This document shows positions 1 through 11,033 of a stretch of DNA of 64,000 nt, in pieces. The position numbers were made by a program, and so were the translations under genes. Numbering within the stretch: position 1 is the stretch's first letter; the number at the start of each line of letters is the position of its first letter. Location: NCBI GenBank assembly GCA_001600695.1, contig BCKQ01000004.1, forward strand, positions 783,931-847,930, written 5' to 3'. The DNA comes from Ascoidea asiatica JCM 7603 (Eukaryota; Fungi; Ascomycota). A model generated the notes under the pieces. That model saw nothing but the letters and a program-made list of their open reading frames with translations, was not told where the DNA came from and did not search any database.

Positions 1-361
1 TTTCCAATTCCAAATTTATTATAATATATACTTGGGAATAAATCAAAATGAATTGAAAAAATTCTCTAATATTCAGCATTTGATAAATGATAAAAAATTA
101 TACAAGAATTATAAAACAAAAGAATTTTATTACAAAGTTACAAAAAGAAGTGAACTTATTTCATTTTTTCTATTTTATAAAGCAAAACTAATTGTTACTT
201 TTTACTTTGGCAAGGTATAATAGTAACAAAGAGAAAGTTTAATTGTAGTAAATGATATCAATTTTGTATTTGAATAAAAGGAATTTAAAAAAATGTATTT
301 ATTTACGTCGTAGTTAAAAAGGAATATATACTGCTTATATTTTTATTAATTTAAAAAATAA

Positions 362-1387
362 TTATTGGTTGACTAGTGTATCAGCATTATCTGAATAATT
401 GTCATCAAAATTATCATTATTATTTTCATCCGAAGATAAACTATTTTCGATAGAATCATTTGTAGAGTAAGTAAGAGAATCATTTTCAGATTCACTGGGA
501 GAATCATTTCCAGATTCAGTGAAAGAATCGTTTTCAGATTCAGTGAGAAAATCCCTTTTTAAATCAAATGAGTAATTAGCTTTTTCATTTGAAATTTTAC
601 GATTATCGATTGTTGTTGAGAAAATAGTAAATAAAAAAATTAAAAACTCATATGGTACAATAATATATAATTTCATTCTTATTAATAAAATTATTTCAAA
701 AACAAATGAATTTAAGAAAAATAAATTCAATATTAAATTTTGAATATAAAATTCATGAAGTTGATTAGAATCTATTGGTGGTATAACAATAATATTATTT
801 GAATCACGTTCATCTTTTTTATTATCAATAAATTTGAAACGTATTGGAAATCCAGCAATTGATAAAAAATTTGTAAAAGATGTATTGTCATTAATAGGAT
901 AACTAATATTTAATTCACACGATTCAAATATTTGAGGTGTTGAAGGTATTGATGTTTCTATTCCTATAACCTATATATATTTCCAAAAATTCTGGTATTC
1001 ACGACAATCAACATCAGCTATTTTTTTATTTATATACTTCATAATTCTATCAATTTTTTTATTTTTCAAATAATTGAAAATTTTAAGGAAAAAATTATTT
1101 TTATAAATAGATAAAATTAAGGAATATATCAAAATTGTGATTATTAAATATGATATTATCAAAATTGGTTCAAATTCAAATAAACTTAAGCAGAAGAACT
1201 CATAATTTAATGAAGAAATCAATTTCAAAAACCATTTAAATTTTTTTTTCAAAGTTGAAATATCTTTAATTGATAATGGAAAATTATATTAAGAAACCAA
1301 AAAATATGTAGATTTGAGGTATTTGAATATAGTACAAAGATTTGCTAATGATAAGAATAGAAGAAAGATTTTTGGTTTAAATTCCAT
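362..1387 (-). pseudogene. Disrupted ~340-codon putative membrane/secreted protein gene of unknown family
   Basis: Track ORFs 362-730 and 971-1252 share one frame. Manual translation runs from ATG 1387 (MEFKPKIFLLFLSLANLC, signal-peptide-like) to TAA 362 with only two internal stops (TAA 1289-1291, TAG 971-973). It has hydrophobic segments and an acidic tail. Confidence 0.6.
477..548. repeat. 24-bp tandem repeat x3 (encodes xTESENDS-like units on the minus strand)
   Basis: gaatcattttcagattcactggga / gaatcatttccagattcagtgaaa / gaatcgttttcagattcagtgaga. Confidence 0.85.
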
Positions 1388-2696
1388 CTTGGGTAAGATT
1401 AGGTACTACTTTTGCTCCTATATTGCTTATTTTTCAATTTTTTCAGAAATTTCAATTGAAATATTAAAATAATTACTTTATATGCTTTATATAGTCTGCT
1501 TTATATATATTTCAATGATGGCTTCTAGTCCAATCAATATCAACCCCACAGATGATCCGCAACCCTGGAGTCAGAGGTTCAATATCCAGTGTAGTGAACA
1601 CTAATGGGTCAATCCGCATTAGGTGTCATTACTAATCAATTCATAGGATTTATCCGATTTACATAAATCAGTAAACCCTTGATGATTAGAATTAATATAA
1701 TATTCTAATAATTAAGTAATTCGTAATATATAGCTTCAATAAATAAATAATCTCATTTAATATCATCTAGATAGACCCATTCATTACATCCAGACAATCG
1801 ATTCGAAATAGAAGCAAAATTATTTTAAATTAAAAAAGGTGTAACAGTGTGGCCTGTTTGAGGCTGGTTTTTAAAATTGACTGGTTTGTTTCGTGCCAAA
1901 AAAATAAAAATCACGGGACAGGAACTCCAAAAGTGTTTGGACCCTTGATTAGGGGTCTTCTAGAATTTTTAACCCGCTTACACGTTATTTAACCACTTGA
2001 GCAATTCTGAAGCTAGAGAACTTGGACAGTCCAGATAATTTAGAACACAACTCAGACTCTGAGTTAATGTTTAACTTTTTTATAGTGAAAATATTTGCAA
2101 AAGAATTGGGATGTTCTCCGGAATGACTTTCCGTCATTTGCTGGAGTTTATCAGGGACTTCTGGCATTGGAAAAACAAGCTTTTGGGCTTTCAGCTGTTC
2201 AACTTAGCTGGGGACAATAAAATCTAGAGTTTCTGCTAAAGATTTTGGTGAAAATAACTTGGGTCTCGTGACTTGTTTGTATTATTTTTACACAAACACA
2301 GAGCATTAGTGTCCGGATTAAGAAACCTTGGCCGGTTTACCTTTATGATAACTGTGGATGAACTTTAGTTGATCTCAGATAACCCGAAGTTTAAAGCTCA
2401 CCGGCTTTTTTTTTGATATTTGAAAATTATAGTAGGTTATTACTCATATGAATCAATCTTTTATCAAATATGACTCTCAATTTTGATATATATTTTTCAA
2501 AAGATTGATTATTTAGATAGAAGACTGAAAGATGAAATATTCTGTAAATTTTCTTGAATTTAGTAAATGACAGTTTTGAAACTATCACTAAAAGCGATAC
2601 TACCGTATTATGATTATTGAAAGATTTACCAGAAAAAAAATAAAGAATCGGATATAGCACTCAAAATTATAAATAATCATAAAAGGCAAATTCAAA

Positions 2697-4118
2697 ATGT
2701 CAAAAAATAAATTAAACTCTGTTTCAAACAAATTGGAAAGTGTTGAAGATAATACTTTGGGTAAAAAAGAGAAAAATATCATTACTCAAGAAACGGATGT
2801 AGAAAAAAATCTTGATAAAGAAAAAGAACAAGATTTTGAAGTTCCTGATGGTGGTTATGGTTGGGTTGTTGTAGTTGCAGTTCATTTTATTTATTTTATA
2901 ACTTGGGGTGCTAATTCTTCATATGGTGTCTTTTTAGCATATTATTTAAATAATAATGTTTTTGAAAATGCTACAAAATTAGATTTTGCTGCAATTGGAG
3001 GTTTAGCATTTGGTATTGGTGTTATATTTTCACCATTTATTACATTTTGTACAGGACTTTGAGAATTTAAAGCTGTTGTAATAATTGGAGGTTTTTTACA
3101 ATTTCTTGCAATGTTACTAGCTAGTTTTGCAAGTTCAAATAGAATTTGGCAATTATATTTAACTCAGGGACTTTTACAAGGTTATGGTTTAGCTTTTACT
3201 TATGTACCTGTAATTACAATTTTACCACAATGGTTTAAAAAAAAAAGATCTTTAGCAAATGGTATTGCTTCAAGTGGTTCCGGTACTGGGGGTATTTTTT
3301 TTTCTTTAGTTACTGGTACAATAATTGATAATATTGGTTATAAATGGGCTTTAAGAATTCAAGGAATTGTATGTTTAGTATTAACTTTATCTTCCGTTCT
3401 TTTATTAAGAGATAGATCTAAAAAAATTAAACCTGAAATTAAAATTATTGATATTGAAGTTTTAAAAAATAAAGGATTTTGGTTAGTTATTGGTTTTACA
3501 ATTTGTATAATATTTGCATATGTAATAATACAATATGTTATTAGTGATTTCACACAAATTTTAGGATATTCTAATCATCAAGGTTCAGTTTCTTCAACAA
3601 TGATTGGTGTTGGAGCATTAATATTTAGACCACTTTTAGGTCATTTTGGTGATATTTTTGGTTCAATAACTACTGGAATTTTTGTTTATATAATTTGTTC
3701 AATTTTATCATTTACTTTATGGATTTTAGGTAAAAATTATTCATCTGCATTAATGCTTGGTTTATTTCTTGGTGGATTCATGGGTTATGTTTGGTCATGT
3801 CTTAGTTCAATGACTCCAAAAGTTGTAGGTTTAAGAAAATTAAATGTTTCATTTGGAATGATTTGGACTTTTAGAGCTATTATTGGTATCATTTCTCCAT
3901 AATTGGTGTTTTATTAAAAGGTAAAGTTAATGAATCTAATAATTTTATAAATCATGATGCTTATTTAAATACTGCAATTTTATGTGGATGTGATTGCAAG
4001 AGAAAATTTATCTGAAGAAATTACAGATTCAGATTATGGTAAAGAAATTTCTTTAAAGGTTCCATGAATTGATATTATTAAGAATTTATGTACTATTAAA
4101 ACTTCTTCTTTAATATGA
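2697..4118 (+). pseudogene. MFS monocarboxylate-porter (MCT/Mch-like) pseudogene
   Basis: PDGGYGW motif; colinear with the intact paralogs at 19358 and 48057. Lesions: in-frame TGA 3060-3062, 1-nt deletion near 3900, loss of most of the last TM helix near 3990, and TGG>TGA in KVPW. The remnant C-terminus (IARE..DSDYGKE..KTSSLI*) ends at 4118. Confidence 0.9.
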
Positions 4119-5283
4119 ACTGACTTAACTCTTATGCAATATAATTTTTTATTTACTTTTTTTATTTTCTATTCTGTTCTGTTTTAAGTATTTCTACTCA
4201 ATTTTTGGTATGCTTCTTTTGTTTTTCACGGTTATTTTTCAAATAATTTTTTTTAACAATTAATAAAAAAGCTCATATAGATAAACTTGCCAATTTTTAA
4301 AAAACCTAATTCAAATTTAAAGATTTTATGGATTTCAAATATAAAAAAATGTTACATTTCGGAATCGAAAAAAAGAAAAGTTTTTCTTATCCATTCTTTA
4401 AAATCTTTTAGTTAAAAAATTCTGAAACAATTAATTCTCGGTAAGATTATCCTAAGCTTGCTTGTAAGTCTCTTTGAGGTCTAAAAACTAAGTCCAAAGT
4501 TGAAACCAACTTTTTGTTATTGGAATTAAACACAAATATCTATTTAAATATACAGTAACATTACAGTGCCGGTATAAATTGTATAAACTGTATAAAAACT
4601 ATAAAAAAGCTAAATTTCACTTAGGACAGAGATTGTGTGGGGCAAAGAATGTCCTATCCTAACAGATATAAAGCAGCAAACGCCACAGTTGCAAAATAGT
4701 ATTTTTAATAAAATAAATGGCTGGAGAATGTGTTGAGGCTGAGGGGAAATGGTTGACAGTACGTAGACACACAGGATTGTGCTCTTTTTAAAGTGTAAAG
4801 CTGATGTCATAGCAAGTTCTTTTGCATTTTTCTACTGCGGTGTATCTTGAGGGTTTTATCTTTTGTTATGAAGCTACCAGCAGTAAACTCGTAGTATTGT
4901 CAGGTGCCCGTGTTGACAGTTTATTTACCTTTAACGTTACCGGTAAGACCCATTTACTGCTATTGATTATTATTCATTATTCATTATTTATTTATTCATT
5001 TTATTTATTGAGTTCAATAATAATTACTATTCAATATAATCATCACCTCGTAACTTTGATTAAAGTAATTCTTTGTTTCTTGACTTTTATCACTTTTCTT
5101 CGTTCAAGTCTTTGGCATTATTGTATCGTTAATATTTTCACTGTTTATATTCCCATTATTGTTTTATTCCTTAGATTTTTATTCAAAGTTTTGAAAAATC
5201 ATATTCTGTAAACATTATTTGTATAATTTTTTTTATTGGGTTTCCAAGTTTCCATTTTGATATTGACATAATTCTTATTAAAA

Positions 5284-7359
5284 ATGTCAGATCAGGATTT
5301 AATAATAGATCCATCCATAGATAATCCTAGTATACTAATAGGTACAACTTTATTGTATTTTAATTCATTTTTCGTGTCTTTAGGTGTATGGTTATTTGGA
5401 TATGATCAAGGTGTAATGTCTGCAATAATAACTGGAAAAAATTTCAAAAATTATTTTAATAATCCAGATTCAAAAACTATTGGTACAATGGTTGCAATTT
5501 TAGAAATTGGTGCTTTAGTTTCTTCATTATTAGTTCCAAGATTATGTGATAAAATTGGTAGACGAAAAACTATAAGATATGGTGCTTTAATTTTTATAAT
5601 TGGTGGTTTAATTCAAACTTGTGCAATAAAAATGACTGATTTAATAATTGGTAGAATTATTTCAGGTATTTCAATTGGTATTTTAACTGTAGTTGTACCT
5701 GTATTTTCAAGTGAAATTTCAAGTGAAAATAATAGAGGTAAATTAGGTTGTATGCAATTCACTGGTAATATTATTGGTTATGCATCTTCTGTTTGGGTTG
5801 ATTTTTTTTGTTTTAATTTAAAAAAAAATAAATCTTGGAGAATTCCATTATCTTTACAATCTCTTGTTGGATTTTTTTTATTTTTTGGTTCTTATTTTAT
5901 TTGTGAAACTCCAAGATGGTTATTAAATAATGATCATGATACTGAAGGTTTAATTGTTATTGCAGATTTACAATCAAATGGAAATGTAAATGATTTAAAA
6001 GCAAGAAATCAATATAAAGCTATAAAGCATGATATTTTAATTCAAAGATTACAAGGTGAAAAATCTTATTCATATATGTGGAAAGTTTATAAAAAAAGAG
6101 TTTTATTATCAATTTCCGCTTTAGCTTTTGCTCAATTAAATGGTATTAATATTATTTCATATTATGCTCCAATGGTTTTTGAACAAGCTGGTTGGTTAGG
6201 TAGAGAAGCTGTTTTAATGACTGGTTTTAATTCTTTAATTTATATATCTTCAACAATTATACCTTGGTATACTGTTGATAAATGGGGTAGAAGACCAATT
6301 TTTTTATCTGGTGCTTTAATTATGGGATTTTCTTTATTAACAATTTCATTTTTAATTTATATAAATATTGAATTAACTCCAATTTTAGTTGTTCTTTTTG
6401 TTGTTATATTTAATGCAGGTTTTGGTTTTAGTTTTGGTCCTTTAGCTTGGTTATTAGGTCCTGAAATTTTACCAGTTTCTGTTAGAAGTATTGGTTGTTC
6501 ATTATCAACTGGTGCAAATTGGTTTTGTAATTGGTTAGTTGGTGAATTAACTCCAATTTTACAAGAATCAATAGGTTGGAAAATGTATTTAATACCTTCA
6601 ACTTCTTGTTTTTTAAGTTTTATTGTATTTTATCTTTATTTACCTGAAACTGCAAATGTTAAATTAGAAGAAATGAAAAATTTATTTAATGATGGTACTA
6701 ATAGTATTTATCCAACTTTAGAATCTAATGAAGATAATAATAATAATGATAGTAATTATGATTATAATTCAAATGATTTAAATGATCAAGAAGGAAATGA
6801 TGTTGATCTGGAAATTGGTAATAATACATTTGATGAAACAAGTTCATTTGTAAGTTCATTTGATAATAATTTTCAAAATCCATTAGCTAAATCAAAACCT
6901 TCACAAGCTGCTTTACTTAGACAAAATGCAATGATTCCATCAAATTCTTCATTTTTAAATTCAAGTAATGTTAATAATATTTCAAGTAATTTAACTGGTG
7001 CTCCAATGACAACCTCAGTAAGTCAAATTAGTCAAATAACTTCAGATGATATTGAACCACCAAATTATCAAGAAGTTTTATTATTTAAATCAAATGAAAG
7101 AGCAAATTCAAGTGTGAAATCTTCAATAAGAAGAGGTTCTGAATCTGTTAAAGGATTTATCGGTAAAATATTCAAGAATGATTCTTCATCAAATATGAAT
7201 TATAATAATAATGGAGATTATGCTTCAATAAATAGTAGTAATACAAACCTGGCTGATGGTGAAAGTATAATTAATAATTCATTAAATAATAACAATGATC
7301 ATAATGATGATATGGAAAATGAATCAACTACCAGATTAGTCTTTAATAATCACAATTAA
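5284..7359 (+). CDS. MFS sugar-porter family transporter with long C-terminal tail
   Basis: FGYDQG, DKIGRR, GRIISG, ETPRWL, QLNGIN, DKWGRR, PEI and LPET sugar-porter motifs. Confidence 0.9.
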   Translation: MSDQDLIIDPSIDNPSILIGTTLLYFNSFFVSLGVWLFGYDQGVMSAIITGKNFKNYFNNPDSKTIGTMVAILEIGALVSSLLVPRLCDKIGRRKTIRYGALIFIIGGLIQTCAIKMTDLIIGRIISGISIGILTVVVPVFSSEISSENNRGKLGCMQFTGNIIGYASSVWVDFFCFNLKKNKSWRIPLSLQSLVGFFLFFGSYFICETPRWLLNNDHDTEGLIVIADLQSNGNVNDLKARNQYKAIKHDILIQRLQGEKSYSYMWKVYKKRVLLSISALAFAQLNGINIISYYAPMVFEQAGWLGREAVLMTGFNSLIYISSTIIPWYTVDKWGRRPIFLSGALIMGFSLLTISFLIYINIELTPILVVLFVVIFNAGFGFSFGPLAWLLGPEILPVSVRSIGCSLSTGANWFCNWLVGELTPILQESIGWKMYLIPSTSCFLSFIVFYLYLPETANVKLEEMKNLFNDGTNSIYPTLESNEDNNNNDSNYDYNSNDLNDQEGNDVDLEIGNNTFDETSSFVSSFDNNFQNPLAKSKPSQAALLRQNAMIPSNSSFLNSSNVNNISSNLTGAPMTTSVSQISQITSDDIEPPNYQEVLLFKSNERANSSVKSSIRRGSESVKGFIGKIFKNDSSSNMNYNNNGDYASINSSNTNLADGESIINNSLNNNNDHNDDMENESTTRLVFNNHN

Positions 7360-8034
7360 AATTAATTTCAATTCTTTTGTTTTGTACTTTTTGCTTTTTT
7401 CAAAAATTTCAATTCTTCGCATTTAATATTGTTTTATTTTGGTTACCTTTACTTTCAATTTTTCATATTTGTTTTTTTATTTTATTAGTTACATTTTGGC
7501 TTGAGCATCTTTTTTTTTCTCTGTTTGTTTTTTATTCAATATTTTCTGGTTCTTTATAATAAATTTCCACTTTTTATGATTCAAATGAAGTTACTTTACA
7601 TAGTTGTTTTAAAATTACTATTCAAAAATTCAAATTCATCTGAAGTATTATATTTTATATTCCGAAAATGGTTAAATCCGCAATGACCTAAAAAAAGTTA
7701 TCTCCGATACACCTATTTTATAACCCGCCGTTGAGTTCCGGTTTTTGTTAAAACATTTGCAATTGCAACGGAAAACAGGAATTCCATGCTTTTCTGTTCT
7801 ATGCGGGCTGGATTGATATTATTCTTTCGATTGGAGCGAGCGCTGTGAATCTCAGGATTGCAATTGCAAAGAAAGAATTAACTGAAAGAATATTAACAAA
7901 CTCAATCAATCAAAAAGCAGTTTTTAGTAATTATTTTAATAAATTAATTTTCACTTAAGACAGAAGATAATAATTATCATAAGAATCCTATTTTCAATAT
8001 TCTATATTCATAATAACTTTTCTATTTATCAAAA

Positions 8035-8457
8035 ATGTTCAGATTTGCTTTATGTTCATTACCTCGTTATGCTACTCAAAGTGCAAAATTTACTAATGGT
8101 ACTGTTAAACCACAATTAAGTCTTTTAAAATCTACTTCAAGTTCTTTATATTCAATTTCAAATTATAATAGTAATCAAAATAATAGAATCAATTTCAATT
8201 CTAGATTTTATTCAAGTTTATCAAAAGATGATATTACTTCAAGAGTTTTAGAAGTTGTTAAAAATCATGCAAAAGCAGCTGAAATTAAAATTGATGATTC
8301 ATTTTCAGATTTAGGTTTAGATTCTTTAGATGTTGTTGAATTAACTGTTGCTATTGAAGAAGAATTTGATATTGAAATTCCTGATAAAATTGCAGATGAA
8401 TTCAAAACTGTTGGTCAAGCTGTTGATTACCTTGCTACAAACCCAGATATCAATTAA
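8035..8457 (+). CDS. ACP1: Mitochondrial acyl carrier protein
   Basis: [11 protein letters not shown] phosphopantetheine motif, [10 protein letters not shown], and an Arg/Ser-rich presequence. Confidence 0.92.
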   Translation: MFRFALCSLPRYATQSAKFTNGTVKPQLSLLKSTSSSLYSISNYNSNQNNRINFNSRFYSSLSKDDITSRVLEVVKNHAKAAEIKIDDSFSDLGLDSLDVVELTVAIEEEFDIEIPDKIADEFKTVGQAVDYLATNPDIN

Positions 8458-8793
8458 TTTAACTAAGTTTTATAAATAATATTTATAAGTCCTTGTATAT
8501 ATCTATATAGTAATGAGTTGATATCCATCAACAAATATACAAATCAAACAACTATCATAGACTCTAAAAGTTCAAAAGAACTTTACATTCGAAATTAAAA
8601 AAAAAGTTGACAATACCACAATAATGTCTCACACTTTTATCATTATTTTATCATTATCCTTTTCTTCTTTCTTCTTTCTTTATTTCGATTATTTCCACCA
8701 ATTCCACCAATTTCACCAATTTTACCACTTCCATCAGGTTCAAAATCTTACTCTTCTTTTCCTGCTTTGTAATCGAATAAAAATACAAACTTG

Positions 8794-8851
8794 GTCACGT
8801 GTCATTACATAATAGTCAATATCACACTTGGGAAAATCAGAAAATTTTTCA
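8794..8851. promoter_or_regulatory. Cbf1-type E-box and RRPE upstream of eIF3d
   Basis: GTCACGTG 8794-8801 and AAAATTTTTCA 8841-8851, about 150-200 bp before the ATG. Confidence 0.5.
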
Positions 8852-8993
8852 TTTAACGAACACTACAGACACATACAATCTAAATTTGGAGTAGTAACAA
8901 GATAATCAGAAATTGAAAGATTTATCAATACTTTTAATAAATTGTACTGAAATTTCAAAGAAACAGTAATATATTTCAATCAAATATTAAGAA

Positions 8994-10823
8994 ATGTCTC
9001 TGTCACTACCATTTTCATTGGATACATTACCTCCAGCAAAGAATCCATGGGGTCCACCAAAGGTTGTTCCATCTTATTTAAAATTTAATGATGTTCCATA
9101 TGCTCCTTTTTCAAAAACTGATAAATTAGGAAAAGCAGCTGATTTTATTTCTTCTGATGCAAATCAATCTATTCAAGAACAGAAACAAAAAGAAAGAAAG
9201 AAAGAAAGAGATCCATTTCATGCATATGGTGCTTCTTCTGCTTCAAAATTTGCAGCTGAAAGTAATCATAATGAAAAAGTTTCTGGTTTTGAAGTTGTTG
9301 ATTCAACTGCAACTACAAATAAACCTCAAGCTCAACAACAACAACCATATAGACAAAGAGTTTTAAAAAGTAGATTTAATAGAAATAGTAAACCTCAAGG
9401 TACTGGTGCCTTTAGTAATAATTCAAATAATTCTCAAGGTAATAATAATTCAAATAATAATAATAACTATAACAATAATAATAATAATAATAATAATTAT
9501 AATAATAGACGTCCAAATCAAGGTAATTATAAACCATATTGGTATAATAATTCAGAAAAAGATAAATTAAAACAATCTTCTATTGAAATCAATGAATCTT
9601 GGAATTTAATCACTACAATTGATTTTAATAAATTAAATAAATTAAATCTTGAAGTTAGTTTAACAGATTCTATCGTTTTAACTTCAAAGGGTTCTTCTTT
9701 AGTTTATAATAAAAATCTTTATGAAAAATCTTCAATTAATAGAAAACCAATTAAAATGCCTGTTAATTCAATTAAACCAATTTTCAATTCTCCAACAACT
9801 TCTCAAGATCCAAATTTAAATCAATTTTCTAAAAATGAAAGAGCTGATGTATTTATAACTGACTCAATCTTAGCTCAAATTATGTCAGCCCATAAATCAA
9901 ATTTCTCTTGGGATGTTATTGTTACAAAAAAAAATAATCAGTTATTTTTTGATAAAAGACCATCTTCATTACCTGAACCAATCACTGTTGATGAAAATGA
10001 TCATTATTTATCTCAAGCTTCAATTAATGTAGATCCAACTGATATAAATTCTTCTGCAAACTTATCAAATGAATCCACAATCTTAAATAATTCATTATTA
10101 TCTTCAGCCTTAGTTTTCGATAAACAACTTTTAAAAAAATTCGATTTAACTTCAAATTTTGATAAAAAATTAACTCCAGTAACAAAAGATAATTTATTTG
10201 TTCCAAAAACTTACAATTATAAATTATTCAAATTACCAAATTCTGGTCAAATTACTAGAAAAAGTTCTAAAAAACAAACAAAATTAACTTTACATCATGA
10301 TACTGATGATGAAGAAGAAGATGATGATAATCTTAAAATTATTGTTAGAACTGAAATTCCTGCTATTTTCAATTCTAAACCAATTTCAATTCATGCAATT
10401 AATCAATATAAACCAAATCCAAAATTAGATTGGAATGAAAAAATACAAACTCAAAAAGGTGCAATTATTGCTGCTGAATTAAAGAAAAATATTAATCAAT
10501 TTTCTAAATGGACAATTAGATCTTTATTAACTGATGTAACCTTAATGAAAATTGGTTTTATCTCAAGAATCAATTATAAAAAAAATGATTCTCATAATTT
10601 ATTAGATGTTGTTACTTATACTCCAAAAGATTTAGCTATGCAAATGAAATTAAATCTTGGTAACGGTTGGGGTATTTTAAAAAGTTTTATTGATATCATT
10701 AATGGATGGGATCTTGAAAGTGAAAAAAGTGGTGATGCTAAATTTATTATTATAAAAGATCCAAATTCACAAAAGATTTCAATTTATAAAGTCCCTGACA
10801 ATGAAGATCTATTATCATTATAG
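8994..10823 (+). CDS. Translation initiation factor eIF3 subunit D
   Basis: DVPYAPFSKTDKLGKAAD, TTSQDP, VFITDSILAQIM..SWDVIV, GAIIAAELKKN, NGWGILKSFID and IKDPN eIF3d motifs. Confidence 0.9.
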   Translation: MSLSLPFSLDTLPPAKNPWGPPKVVPSYLKFNDVPYAPFSKTDKLGKAADFISSDANQSIQEQKQKERKKERDPFHAYGASSASKFAAESNHNEKVSGFEVVDSTATTNKPQAQQQQPYRQRVLKSRFNRNSKPQGTGAFSNNSNNSQGNNNSNNNNNYNNNNNNNNNYNNRRPNQGNYKPYWYNNSEKDKLKQSSIEINESWNLITTIDFNKLNKLNLEVSLTDSIVLTSKGSSLVYNKNLYEKSSINRKPIKMPVNSIKPIFNSPTTSQDPNLNQFSKNERADVFITDSILAQIMSAHKSNFSWDVIVTKKNNQLFFDKRPSSLPEPITVDENDHYLSQASINVDPTDINSSANLSNESTILNNSLLSSALVFDKQLLKKFDLTSNFDKKLTPVTKDNLFVPKTYNYKLFKLPNSGQITRKSSKKQTKLTLHHDTDDEEEDDDNLKIIVRTEIPAIFNSKPISIHAINQYKPNPKLDWNEKIQTQKGAIIAAELKKNINQFSKWTIRSLLTDVTLMKIGFISRINYKKNDSHNLLDVVTYTPKDLAMQMKLNLGNGWGILKSFIDIINGWDLESEKSGDAKFIIIKDPNSQKISIYKVPDNEDLLSL

Positions 10824-11033
10824 GATTGTCTGATATGAAACAAAAAAAATTGGTATTTTATAGTCAATAAAAAATCAAATTCTCGTTAAAAGTTCAATAA
10901 TTTGTAAATCTCATTTTAAGCAAAAAAATTCCCACATTAGATTCCGTCAAACCTATTAAAGCAATATCTTTTGAATAGATGAAATTTATTGGATGAAAAT
11001 GGTAAAACTGCATAAATTTTTTTACGTAATATA

